A DNA stretch of 64,000 nt from Lama guanicoe (lineage: Eukaryota), in contig MU055178.1 of the NCBI GenBank assembly GCA_013239625.1, positions 8,306,873 through 8,370,872 of the forward strand, given 5' to 3'. The notes under the pieces are model-generated. The model was given only the letters and a program-made list of their open reading frames with translations, had not been told where the DNA came from and ran no database searches. Each line of letters starts with the position of its first letter. The first letter of the stretch is position 1. Below are positions 48,201 to 58,300 of this stretch, one piece after another. The translations under genes were made by a program, and so were the position numbers.

Positions 48201-48235
48201 CCCAGGGCCACCTCCGGAGCTGTGGCTGCCTCCAT
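36191..48235 (-). CDS. MYBPHL: Myosin-binding protein H-like (Ig-Fn3-Ig), 354 codons; join of 48235-48091, 39990-39902, 39335-39140, 38944-38805, 38665-38506, 38404-38268, 37244-37058, 36201-36191. Intron-4 donor is AT instead of GT, so this may be a pseudogene or loss-of-function allele
   Basis: [10 protein letters not shown]...; [30 protein letters not shown]; [16 protein letters not shown]; [16 protein letters not shown]...CRVDVKAPN*; located between PSRC1 and SORT1. Confidence 0.92.
36350..36560 (-). mobile_element. L2 LINE 3' fragment
   Basis: catacttagagaatgcccactgtgtgtc...atggtccctgcccttgaaattctcacagttta. Confidence 0.6.
37058..37244 (-). CDS. MYBPHL: MYBPHL exon 7 (Ig)
   Basis: [13 protein letters not shown]...[25 protein letters not shown]. 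Confidence 0.93.
38268..38404 (-). CDS. MYBPHL: MYBPHL exon 6
   Basis: [23 protein letters not shown]...CCVRASPK. Confidence 0.92.
38506..38665 (-). CDS. MYBPHL: MYBPHL exon 5 (Fn3)
   Basis: [36 protein letters not shown]...HIQKA. Confidence 0.92.
38805..38944 (-). CDS. MYBPHL: MYBPHL exon 4 (Fn3), followed by non-canonical ATGAGG
   Basis: [15 protein letters not shown]...[12 protein letters not shown]. Confidence 0.88.
39140..39335 (-). CDS. MYBPHL: MYBPHL exon 3 (Ig)
   Basis: [13 protein letters not shown]...DSGRYQL...IDIPVI. Confidence 0.93.
39902..39990 (-). CDS. MYBPHL: MYBPHL exon 2
   Basis: [29 protein letters not shown]. Confidence 0.93.
43890..45560 (+). mobile_element. L2 LINE remnant interrupted by an MLT1-type LTR (about 44130-44502)
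   Basis: L2 3' motifs cctgcctcagggcctttgcact...ctagaatgtaatctccaagaggg...gtgcttggcacataatag; nested LTR has gaaataaacatttgttgtatttgagcc. Confidence 0.65.
46280..46390 (-). mobile_element. MIR SINE fragment
   Basis: atttacagatgaaaaaatggaagtccagagggg...gtcacag. Confidence 0.6.
47020..47160 (-). mobile_element. MIR SINE fragment
   Basis: ccattttacagacaggaaattgaaact...gccaaggtcac. Confidence 0.6.
48091..48235 (-). CDS. MYBPHL: MYBPHL exon 1, coding part
   Basis: [22 protein letters not shown]...LLPPIE; G|GTGACC. Confidence 0.92.
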
Positions 48236-48289
48236 GCTGGGCCACCCCGAGGCTGGGCTCCAGAGGAAGATTTTCACTGTTGGTGGTGA

Positions 48290-48700
48290 GGGAGGGGGTG
48301 AGCACCTGCTCTCCGGTCTGGCCTCCCTAGGGTCCCAGCCACAGGGTTATGTAACTGGGCTGGCCTTTTCCCACCGAGCTACTCCCAGCAGGGCTGAAGC
48401 AGGGGCTAGGGGAAGAGGCGGGATCAGACTGCGGCCCAGAATAGCCACAGCAGGAGGGCAGGGTGGCCCTGTTATCTTGGGAATGAGAGGACACCTCTCA
48501 CACAGCCCCAGGGAGAGAGGGGAGCACTTGGGCTTCAAACAGCCCCTCCCCGCCCAGACCATCCCTCTAGCTTCTGTTGGGAGGATTGGGTGACATCTCG
48601 GCTCCTGACCTCGAGCTCATCCAAGGGTGTCCAGGTCCAAAGGAAGGGGCCCCAGGATTAGTTGATTCACCGGCACACCTTTAACCGGTCTCTCCCTCTC
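48290..48700 (-). promoter_or_regulatory. Putative MYBPHL cardiac promoter
   Basis: E-box CACCTG 48303-48308, GATA AGATAA 48472-48477, T-box half-sites (AGGTGT) near 48491 and 48675, NKX2-like CAAGTG 48525-48530, all just upstream of exon 1; motif-level evidence only. Confidence 0.45.
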
Positions 48701-48799
48701 CGCTCCCACCCTCACTGAGTTGTAAAGCCTTGTCATCTGGACCCTGTGGGGGCGGCCCCATCCTCTCCACTCCCTCAGTAGCAGTGGAGGGAGCTGGAC

Positions 48800-49280
48800 C
48801 CCTGGTTCACTTTTGACTCCATCACCAACTGGCTGTGTGACTTCTAACACATCACAGGCTCTCTCAGGTCTGTTTCCTCATCTGTAAAATGGAGATGACA
48901 ACAGCCATAGGGTTGTTGTGAGGATTCAAAGAGGTAATCTGTGCAAAGTGCTTAGCAGAGTGTAGATAGATGTAAGTTATTTTTAGGTCGGGCTAGCGCT
49001 TGCCCCTTTCAGAGCTCTCTTGCCTATGAGAGAAGTACAGATGAAGTGAAAGGCAGCAGTGGTGGAGGGAGGAGAGCCAGGGGCATAAGGTCAGAGGGCT
49101 TGAGTGTGACTCTGGGCTCTACTACTCACACATTTGCTAGGTGACTGTGGGGAAATCAGAGTAATCTGAACCTCAGGTCCCTGGTCTATGAAACAAGGGA
49201 TGATGATGCTACCTACGACTGTGCTGAGGATAAAACATCAGAAGTATATGAAAGTGGCCAGAGCACAGTAGGTGTTAGTT
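48800..49280 (+). mobile_element. Two tandem MIR SINEs (about 48800-48960 and 49080-49280)
   Basis: ggctgtgtgac...gtttcctcatctgtaaaatggag...gttgtgaggatt...aaagtgcttagcag. Confidence 0.7.
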
Positions 49281-49415
49281 ACACACTAAAGATCCTGTAT
49301 GAGGCTCACCAAACCGCCATCATTCTGTGTGTTCTGTACACTCTATCCAAATGATCTGGTTTCCCATCATACTGTCACTTTCTCATCTCCAGAAGCTGGC
49401 ATCCCCTCTGTGAAT

Positions 49416-49439
49416 ACACACACACACACACACACACAC
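49416..49439. repeat. (AC)12 microsatellite
   Basis: Read directly from the sequence. Confidence 0.95.
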
Positions 49440-50826
49440 GAGACTTTTTAAGAGATGTTTTACGTTCACAGCAAAGCTGAGTGGAAAGTAGAGTTCCCGC
49501 ATACCCCCTTCCATCCCCACCACGCCTTTATTTTTTTATGGAAACAAATGAGTGGGGTTTAATGAATGAGCTCCTTGCTCATTTTTCCTCTTTAGCCCTC
49601 GATCTGGGGACAGTCAATAGGATCCCAGGAGCCTGTGTGGGACAGAGACCCAGAACTCATTTTTGCAACCTGTACAGGGGCTGAGGACCACGATAAGCAG
49701 TAGACACACCTCAGGCCCAGGAAGCTGTTCAGGAGCTAGGATGGGTTGGTAAGAGGCTGCACTGTGTCATGTCAGCACTTGTGTAAAGGCCTCTCTGACC
49801 TATTTCTCTTGTCTGACCCAGCCAAGGCCCTTAGGAGTCCAAACAGTCCCCACGCCAGGGAACTCTGAAGGCCCCCTCTTATACCCCATTTAACCTATGC
49901 TTTGATGAGACTGGCCTAGGCTCTCGATCTTAGCTCTTCGTTGCAGTGAAGGTATGAAAGAATCAAATAAAAAATTGCAGATTCCTAAGGTCTTGTCCAT
50001 CGGAAAGGCTAATTTAATAGGTCTGGTGGGATCTGCATTTTAAAAGGCAACCTACTGATTCTGTTGCAGAAAGTCTTAGAACACTATGCTAGATAGAATT
50101 CCTGAAAACCACCTTAGATTATCTCCTGGGGGCCTTCAAGACCAGACCGCAGGCTCCTCAAGAATGAGGTCTTTGCCTTGTCATCTTCAGGCCATGACAG
50201 CAGCATTCATGGAAATACCTTCCAGGATGGCCAGCTGAGAAGCAGTTGTCAGGCTTAGCTAAAGCCTCGGGGCAGGGGGTGGCAGGAACCTCTCCTACGA
50301 CAAATATTTTGGAAGAGAGGAAAGTTGCAACTCTTCAAACATCCTTAAATGAAACGAATCAGGAAGGACTATGAGTAAGAGCAGCAAGAGAAACTTAAGA
50401 GGGGCAAGTGGAAAGATACTTAAGTTAAACTTCTCAGTGTTGTCATTTGTCAAACCTGCTACAAGAACGTGTAATTGAAGAGAGTAATGATATGTTGCTT
50501 TGTCCAGAAGGAAGACTGCAGCAATCGAAACTGAGAAGGTATGTGGGATGGGTCACCTAGACTTTCAGGGAGTAACAAGAAAGCTGGTTTTACAAATATC
50601 CATGGGAGGTAGACTTCTGTAAGCCTAAGTAAGAAAAAAGTGAGTAGTTTTCCCCATAAAGTATCTAATACCTTTTGTACTATGAACACATAGTCCTGGC
50701 TCTTTAATTGACTTATTCTCTGGTTGCTGGAGTTCGATATTTGAGGCTAGAAAACTGGAAAAGCTTTCATGTTAACAAACTGTAGCCTAGTCATTTTGGT
50801 AGGTCAGGTAACAAAGTCCAGTCTGT

Positions 50827-50950
50827 TTTATTTCTAACCCAAATATTGCAAATATACAGAAAATTACCAGTACAAAGTTAAACACGTCCAGATTTATTTA
50901 CAGAATGCTAAAGAAATTTGAGTTTTATTTCCATTTTGTGGAATTTTATT
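50827..50950 (-). terminator. SORT1 distal polyadenylation signal cluster (3'UTR about 55297-50800)
   Basis: AATAAA on the - strand at 50827-50832, 50893-50898, 50924-50929 and 50945-50950. Confidence 0.75.
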
Positions 50951-53900
50951 CTGGGATCTGGCTTTGTGGTGTAACTGACATGGCTCATTGAAACTTGATT
51001 ATCCCACCTCACATGCAATTTTCTGTCCCAAGGGAACAGAAAACTTGGGTTTTTAGCGCACATGCAGTAATGATCTTAATACTGCTTTACACTTTAGTAG
51101 GAAGACAGCTGTCCCACAGCTTGGGGAGAGGGTAGAGAAGTTAGAGAACAAGGAGGGACCACATGCTCAGATAGGGAACAAGAGACAAGAGAGGGTTGGA
51201 CAATAGGCACATAGGGACCCTGAGCATTTCTGTGCACGAGGATAAGGAGGATACCATCAAAACCCTCCTTCCTAGACAACCAAACACATCAGGTGGGCAG
51301 AATCATCAGGCAACATTCAAGTCACCCGATCACAAACTGTGGGCATGCAGAGGATGAGAACTGCATTAAAGATTTGGGACATTTCAATAAATCATTAACA
51401 TGTACACTATACAGTTTATACATGTATATATGTACACACACATATATAGAAAGGTACAGATTAGTTTATGTTATTCTTTATAAACAAGGATGCTTAAGAA
51501 TGTACTGGTGTGGAAAAGATGTGTACAGCAAGTTGTTGAAGCCAATTTCAAATTAATGTTCTAATTCTTATTGTTATAATGCAAAGTAACCTAGAAATCT
51601 CAAAATATTCCTGCCATTTCACTTATCCTCCATCAGGGGAGGCCTGGGCTCTGCTAGGACTCTGCTCCCAGGGCTGCCTGAGCTGGGTAAATCGCGGCAG
51701 ATGGGACAGGAAGTCCGGCACCTGCTGAGTGCAGGTGCTGAGAGTCTGGCCCTCTCTATCACGTGGCAAATCTTAAACTTTGGTTTTTGATCAAAGGACG
51801 GGTAAGTCCATGTTTATTTTCCTGCTTGAGGGAAGGTAGTGGCAAAGTTGAAAACCTGAATCTCTTCCTATTTTAGCAGTTCCAAGTATCCAGGCTTCAC
51901 ACGGGGCAAGGGGGAGGTACCAACAAGAAGCAGGGCGAGCCCTAAGCCCTTGCATATGGGGGCAGGGCTCTTTAGAGCTCTCTTCAAAGGAAAGAGACAA
52001 TCTCTCTACCTGGGTCATTGCCTGGAAAATAAAGAAATGACTGAAGCCGGGCTAGTCCTGCCACCTGGGGCAGAAGTGGGTGGCCCTGAACTCCTCTCTC
52101 CATCCTGGCACCATGATGAAGGCCATGGGAGAGCCAGCTATGGTTTAAAGAGCCAGTGGTGGCCAGCACATTACTTATCTGTCAGGGATGAAAGGCAAGC
52201 TTGGGCATGCAGAGGCCCAGAGGCGAACCTAAGAGTGAGAGAGAGACACACTAGAAAGCCTATTCAGAGGCAGCCAGCAAATTCTAAGCTTCAGTTACAG
52301 CTAACCTACCGAGTCTCCTGAGCCCAGCCTAGAACCACCACAACCCTCCAAACACTTCTACTCCTCTGAGCCGTGTTCCCATTCGATGAACAGTCTGGGT
52401 GTACGTGCCCCTGGTCTCTGGTCTCACTAAAAACCAAAAGCCCCTTTAAGTCCAAGGCATCTCCACCTGGATTTCAGAGCTCAGATCACTTTGGACGGTC
52501 TGATATGTCCAATCTAGCTTACGATGCTAAATTTTATTGCTGAAATAATCTCTTCTGCTTTCATCACACCTGAGACTTTGTACGATACTATGCTTTATTT
52601 CATTTCCAAAGATAAAGCTCCTAACCTAACATCAGTAGGACAAACCAGAAATCTTTTTTTCTTAGACGCTGTCATGGATTTAGGCTGTTTTACTCTCTGG
52701 CAGAGGGCACACACTTGTGAGTGAGCAGGCTGATGCAGAAAGCTAACAGACTGGACCTGTTAGCAGTCCTCAACCAACTGAGCTAGCTAGCTGGCTAGGG
52801 ATGGGAAAGCACGGAGAATGGGGAGGGGTGACTCCTCAGTGCGGATTCCAGCCCTGCACTCTCGAACAGTGACCTTCAACGAGGTGAGGGGCGGTTTCTA
52901 AACACAAATTCAAAACTACCATTACTTTTGTTTTCAGCTATGAAAAATAGGAGAATAAAATTTGTTTACCAAGGTGGCAGAAAAGCGCTCAGTCGCGCTC
53001 TAAAAGAAACACCATGATCCCTGTCCGACAGAACAGCAGGTCCTGTACAAGCCAGCAGCCCTGCCCCAGGCGGCCGGCAGCGGCGCGCGCCAAAATGCGT
53101 GCGACATCCGAGGACAGCCACCGACACTGCTCGAGCCACGCAAGGACCCTAACAACTGGCTCCGTTTCGTACCTTAGTTCTACCTCTAATGGGGATCGCA
53201 GCCCCTGCCTTTTCTTTTTTTTTTTTAATCTCATGAAAATTTGTGAGGTTCAAGTGACATAATGCAAGTGAAAAAGTACTGTGAAAACTGCCAAGTTCCA
53301 CAGAAATCCCAGATATCATTATAGGCAAAGAGCCCTAATCTTACATGGTTAGAGAAGAATATTAGCTTTCCTACATCTTAGAGCCAGCAAGAGAATCACC
53401 ACGGATGGCACGTCCACCCCATGGGTGTATGTGGGGAGAAAAGGCGTAGCGTGTGAGCAGGTTTTTTCTGCCCAGGACAAAGGCTGATACGTTATCATTT
53501 GTGAGCTGGTATAGCTTTGGAACTATTTTTAATTTAAAAACCTTGCAAAATGAATGAGCTTTTCCTAAAAGACTAGTGCTCTCTGGTTCTAACAAACATA
53601 AATGCTCTTCATAAAAACTGCCCTAATCTTATTTTCCAACTGAAACTCCCTGACTCACTTAATTTTACTGCAGTTTCAAAGTCTCTAAAATTCTTCATCC
53701 ACTCCCTCCCCCTCTTTCCCTGCTGCTGTTAATCCATTCTGGTGAGGAGAGAACTGAGCCATCTGCTCACACATTCTGACAAAAGTCAATTTGGCACATT
53801 TACTTTTTACTGACTTTCTAGCCATAAAATGAACTAGCAGCAAAATGGCAGTTACCAAAGAATGTCCCTATCATAATTAATGGCAGAAACTGTGACCACC

Positions 53901-55297
53901 ACAGCAGGTATGCTAAGATTGAAAATGTACTGCTATGTTCCTGTATATCAAATAGTCGAGCTCTATTAAAACGAATTATTGCAGCTTTCCATTACTACAT
54001 GGCCACCCCAAAATCCACCTCGCTACATTCTCTAATTTATTTCATTTTTAAAATGTCAAATGGAAAACTTTTTAAAATTCAAAATATGAACTTGATGTAT
54101 CACACAAAACATCATCTACACTAGAAGTGTATTTTCAGTTGGTTCAGCCAAAAGTTTCATGCCAACAAACTACTTGGCAAAGCTGGGGAAAAGGGGTGAG
54201 GAGGAGAGCCTGGTAAAACGCCAATTTTTTAAAAAAGAGCCTATAAATCGGAAAACCTATCTCGCCAAGGCTCCATGTACAACAGCAACCTAGGAGGAAG
54301 CAAGTAAGCAGCCATTCTAACGATTCACCGCGGAGCTGGCGCAACAGGCAGAGGGGGACGTGGAAGACTGTGACGTGCAGTCCTCAGGGGCTGCACCGTG
54401 CCCGCCGCCGGCCGCTCCATCGGCCTGGGCACTCTGCCCAGGCAAGCCTGAACCCTGTCCTTGAGCAAGTCCACTGGCACACACACAAAGCATGGCTTGA
54501 AAGATCTCGGCAGAAGTAAGAATTTCTCCTTTAATAGGTGTTAAATCTAGTCAATTCTCTGCTGCTCCCTTCTTCCTGCCCCAAGTTAAAAATATTGCCC
54601 TTTAAGTTTTCCTNNNNNNNNNNNNNNNNNNNNNNNNNNNNNNNNNNNNNNNNNNNNNNNNNNNNNNNNNNNNNNNNNNNNNNNNNNNNNNNNNNNNNNN
54701 NNNNNNNNNNNNNNNNNNNNNNNNNNNNNNNNNNNNNNNNNNNNNNNNNNNNNNNNNNNNNNNNNNGAGGCGCTGGTGTGCAATGGTGCTGGAGCAGGGC
54801 TGTCCCCAGATGGAGAAAGGCTGCCCAGGCGGTGCCAGTCATCGCGGCCTCCGTGCTCATCTCTGCAGCTGCTCCGAGTCGGCAGCAGAGCTCACGGACA
54901 GCACCAAGCTGATGCTGAAGCTGGCAGGTGCCCCGGGTAGGCGCCATGCAAAACATGCAATAGTGGGGTTAGTGAAAAGTTCCCTTCAATTCCATTTCAT
55001 TTCCCTTAAAAAACAAAACCAAAACCAAAACCAAAAGGGCCCGTACCTTGCAAAAAGACAGAACTTGAAAAGTTAAAGAATTAAAAAATTTCCCTCTCTT
55101 CTCAGAGCCAATTATAAGAGTGTTTAGGTNNNNNNNNNNNNNNNNNNNNNNNNNNNNNNNNNNNNNNNNNNNNNNNNNNNNNNNNNNNNNNNNNNNNNNN
55201 NNNNNNNNNNNNNNNNNNNNNNNNNNNNNNNNNNNNNNNNNNNNNNNNNNNNNNNNNNNNNNNNNNNNNCCAGCTCGGTCCCAGCTTGTTTGACGAG

Positions 55298-55312
55298 CTA
55301 TTCCAGGAGGTC
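55298..55312 (-). CDS. SORT1: SORT1 exon 20, coding part
   Basis: cttttcag|GAC CTC CTG GAA TAG (DLLE*). Confidence 0.95.
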   Translation of the reverse strand, partial: DLLE

Positions 55313-58300
55313 CTGAAAAGAAAGACATACCCCATATTATTTACAGACCAAAAAGTCCTTATTTTTGGAAGCCATTACTTAGTTTCCAGACCGGCCAAGT
55401 CTTACAGTCATGAAGTTGCTGCTTCTAGCTTATACCATCCTTTGCTTCAATCAAATCTTAATCATGAGTAAGAATAGAATCACTCTTTTTAAAATTTCTG
55501 GACCACCCTTCAAGAAGAAATAGTCTCACCTCATNNNNNNNNNNNNNNNNNNNNNNNNNNNNNNNNNNNNNNNNNNNNNNNNNNNNNNNNNNNNNNNNNN
55601 NNNNNNNNNNNNNNNNNNNNNNNNNNNNNNNNNNNNNNNNNNNNNNNNNNNNNNNNNNNNNNNNNNCCGCCGTTAACCCTCACGCGGTGAGGAAGGATGC
55701 GTTTTTAAATAGGACTGTGGATTTTCTGAGTTTTACACACTCACAGAATGAGTCACACATAATGGAAGCACTGCCCATAGTTGGCATATGGAAAACGTAA
55801 GAGAAGACTTGGGCCTGATGCTTCGGGAACATCACTCCAACTTTTGCCAAACCACCTGCCCTTGGCTGACTTTCTGGTTTGATTGACTTCCGTATTCCTT
55901 ACCTTCCCCCACAGACGTATTTCTTCACAATGAGCACTCCTGCTACGACTGTGACCAGCATCAATCCCACAGTTGCCAGGATAATTGGAACAGAATTCGA
56001 CTTGGAATTCTTGATAAATTAAAACACAAACACAAATAATTTTGGGTGTGCATATTCCAGGACTGAGTTCAAAAAAGAGGCTACTCATTTCCCTCACTTC
56101 TCTGTTGAATGTGTGATCTGCATTCTCTGGGAACTTAGTGATGATACTTTTCCAACCCCCCCATCTCGGTGCTACCAGGAGAGTATCACAGCTGGCAGAG
56201 GACTTCAACTGCCTTGAAGCTGTCAGAACGGTGCAAACTCAGGGGCTCCAATGTCAAAGTTACACTGAAAGCAACTGCCTAGATCAAATGGTAACTGTGA
56301 CTGTTCCCCACTACCACTGTTCGTAAGTCCTGGAGCTTTAAAAGGTGGACCAGGAAAGGGAGACTACGATAATAAGTGGGCTGAATGAATCTAGAACAGG
56401 GCCATTACCTGGGAAGAGGCTGTGCCAATGCTATGTCAGGGAGGCCATCCTATGACACCAAGATTTATTTTTTACTTAATTTTTGGTATGTTCTTATAAA
56501 TAAGCTTTTTCATATCATTGTTTGAGTGTGACCTACCTGCTTCTGGGTGGGAGATAGGGAGTGTGTGTTTTCAATGAATCCAAGAGGAGGCGGAGCTGGA
56601 TTCTGGGACAAGTTGTGTCCCTGTGGGCGGGAGTCCTGTGCAATCACACACACAAACACTCTGAGGACAGCCACCAGGAGTGCAGGGCGGGGGTGCAGAC
56701 GAGGAGGAACTTGCCCCCTGACAAATACACACACCCACACATTCTTCTCCCACTGCGTTCTTAATCCCACCCCTCTTCAGGCCCTTACCCCTTGGAAGGT
56801 TAAACAGGAGGGGACTGCAGATTGTCCACCTCTCAATTCCCAGATTAGGAAACTGGGGCCCACAGTTTACTGCCCCGTCACACTCCTGGCCCAGTGCTTC
56901 TCTAACAAGAGGTCTCCTCTTTACCATATCCCAGCCAGATAGCTCACTGCTACAGATGTGTCATCAGCCCCAAAACTTGCCTCTAAATCAAAACCAGCCC
57001 ATTATTACCATAGTTGAGGTTTTCATTCTGAACACACTTGGCATAACTAGGCAGAGATCTGCCCTACCGATGGTCTGCTGCTCTTCCACATGTGTGAGAA
57101 AGACTCCAGGGCTTTACAGCCACACTTCTTGAGTCTTTCCTACATGACTCCGAGTCTCAGAAATTTCCTCAACCCTATGCTTCTAAGACTTGGAAAAACT
57201 TCACTGAATACCATTTTTTTCCCCAACAAAAAAGTTTTCAGTAGATGAGCTTATCATCAGGTTATGTGATCCATCCTTCATCCTAACAGTTTCTGCGCGA
57301 AGGGAAGCCTGACGGAGGCAGTCTGGCCACTTGTATTCAGTAATAAGGTTCTTGATGCTGCATCTTGACTACTCCTGGCAGAACATGAAACCCCACTGGT
57401 ACCTAAACCAGACCTACTTTAACATACCTGCTTTTCTGGACTCAGAAAGTTGCTCGTGCATTTCTTTTTCAAGTCTTTTACTTCCCGAGCTGGACTCACT
57501 CCACCCTGGCATCTGTCTCCTGGAATTTTACGGTATCTGAGCGGCAGAGAAAATTTGTTAACAGAATACAAGGATGTACTCCTAGATTCTTGCTTACTTC
57601 CTGAAAATAAGATTTGACAACCTACAGAAAGGCTTCTGGTCCTTACACTATCTTCCAGGCCTTGGGGGAGATCCACAGGGATGTTCTGGGGATATTCCAT
57701 ATAGTTTCAGCCCTTGGACAGACCACACATCCCTTGCCTTGCTGCAGGGACAAGCTGCCTTTCTGCCTTAAGAAACTGTGCCAAAGAACTGTGACCTGGG
57801 GAAAGCATGTCAACATGTGGGACAAAAAAGGGACAGAGGAGTGTTTATTGGGGGGCAGGCAGTGAGGCTCCTCTAGAGCAACACTGTCTACTGTGGGGGC
57901 TATTTACATTTAAATCAATCAAAATTATCTCTGTTCCTCAGTCACACTATTGTCAGTAGCCACACAGGGTTAGTGGCTACCGTATCAGACATAGATTTCA
58001 GAACATTTCCACCATCACAAAGGGCTCTATTAGGCAGTATTTTTCTAGCGTGCTCTCCACCGGGGCTCAGATCTGTGTGGAGAGAATCAGCTTTCACTGT
58101 GCCTGGTGGACACCCAGCCATCTCACCCGTTTGTCGTCAGGTGCTCTTCTCTCCCATACAGACAAAACTCCAGGTCGTGGCCCTTCAGCTCTGGCTGTTC
58201 CACACACTTGGAGTCATTTTCTGGACGGAAGTAGCCAAAATCACTGCAAGAATCAGCAAAGAAGGTATCTTTCAAAGTTGCTAAAAGACAGGAAGTGACT

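Noticed and set aside
51956-51985. Histone stem-loop-like GGGCTCTTTAGAGCTC
   Set aside because: Stem register and flanks do not fit the SLBP consensus, it is antisense to SORT1, and there is no histone ORF
9020-55666. N-runs as deletions or frameshifts in CELSR2 and SORT1
   Set aside because: Flanking frames and lengths are compatible with intact exons; they are missing data
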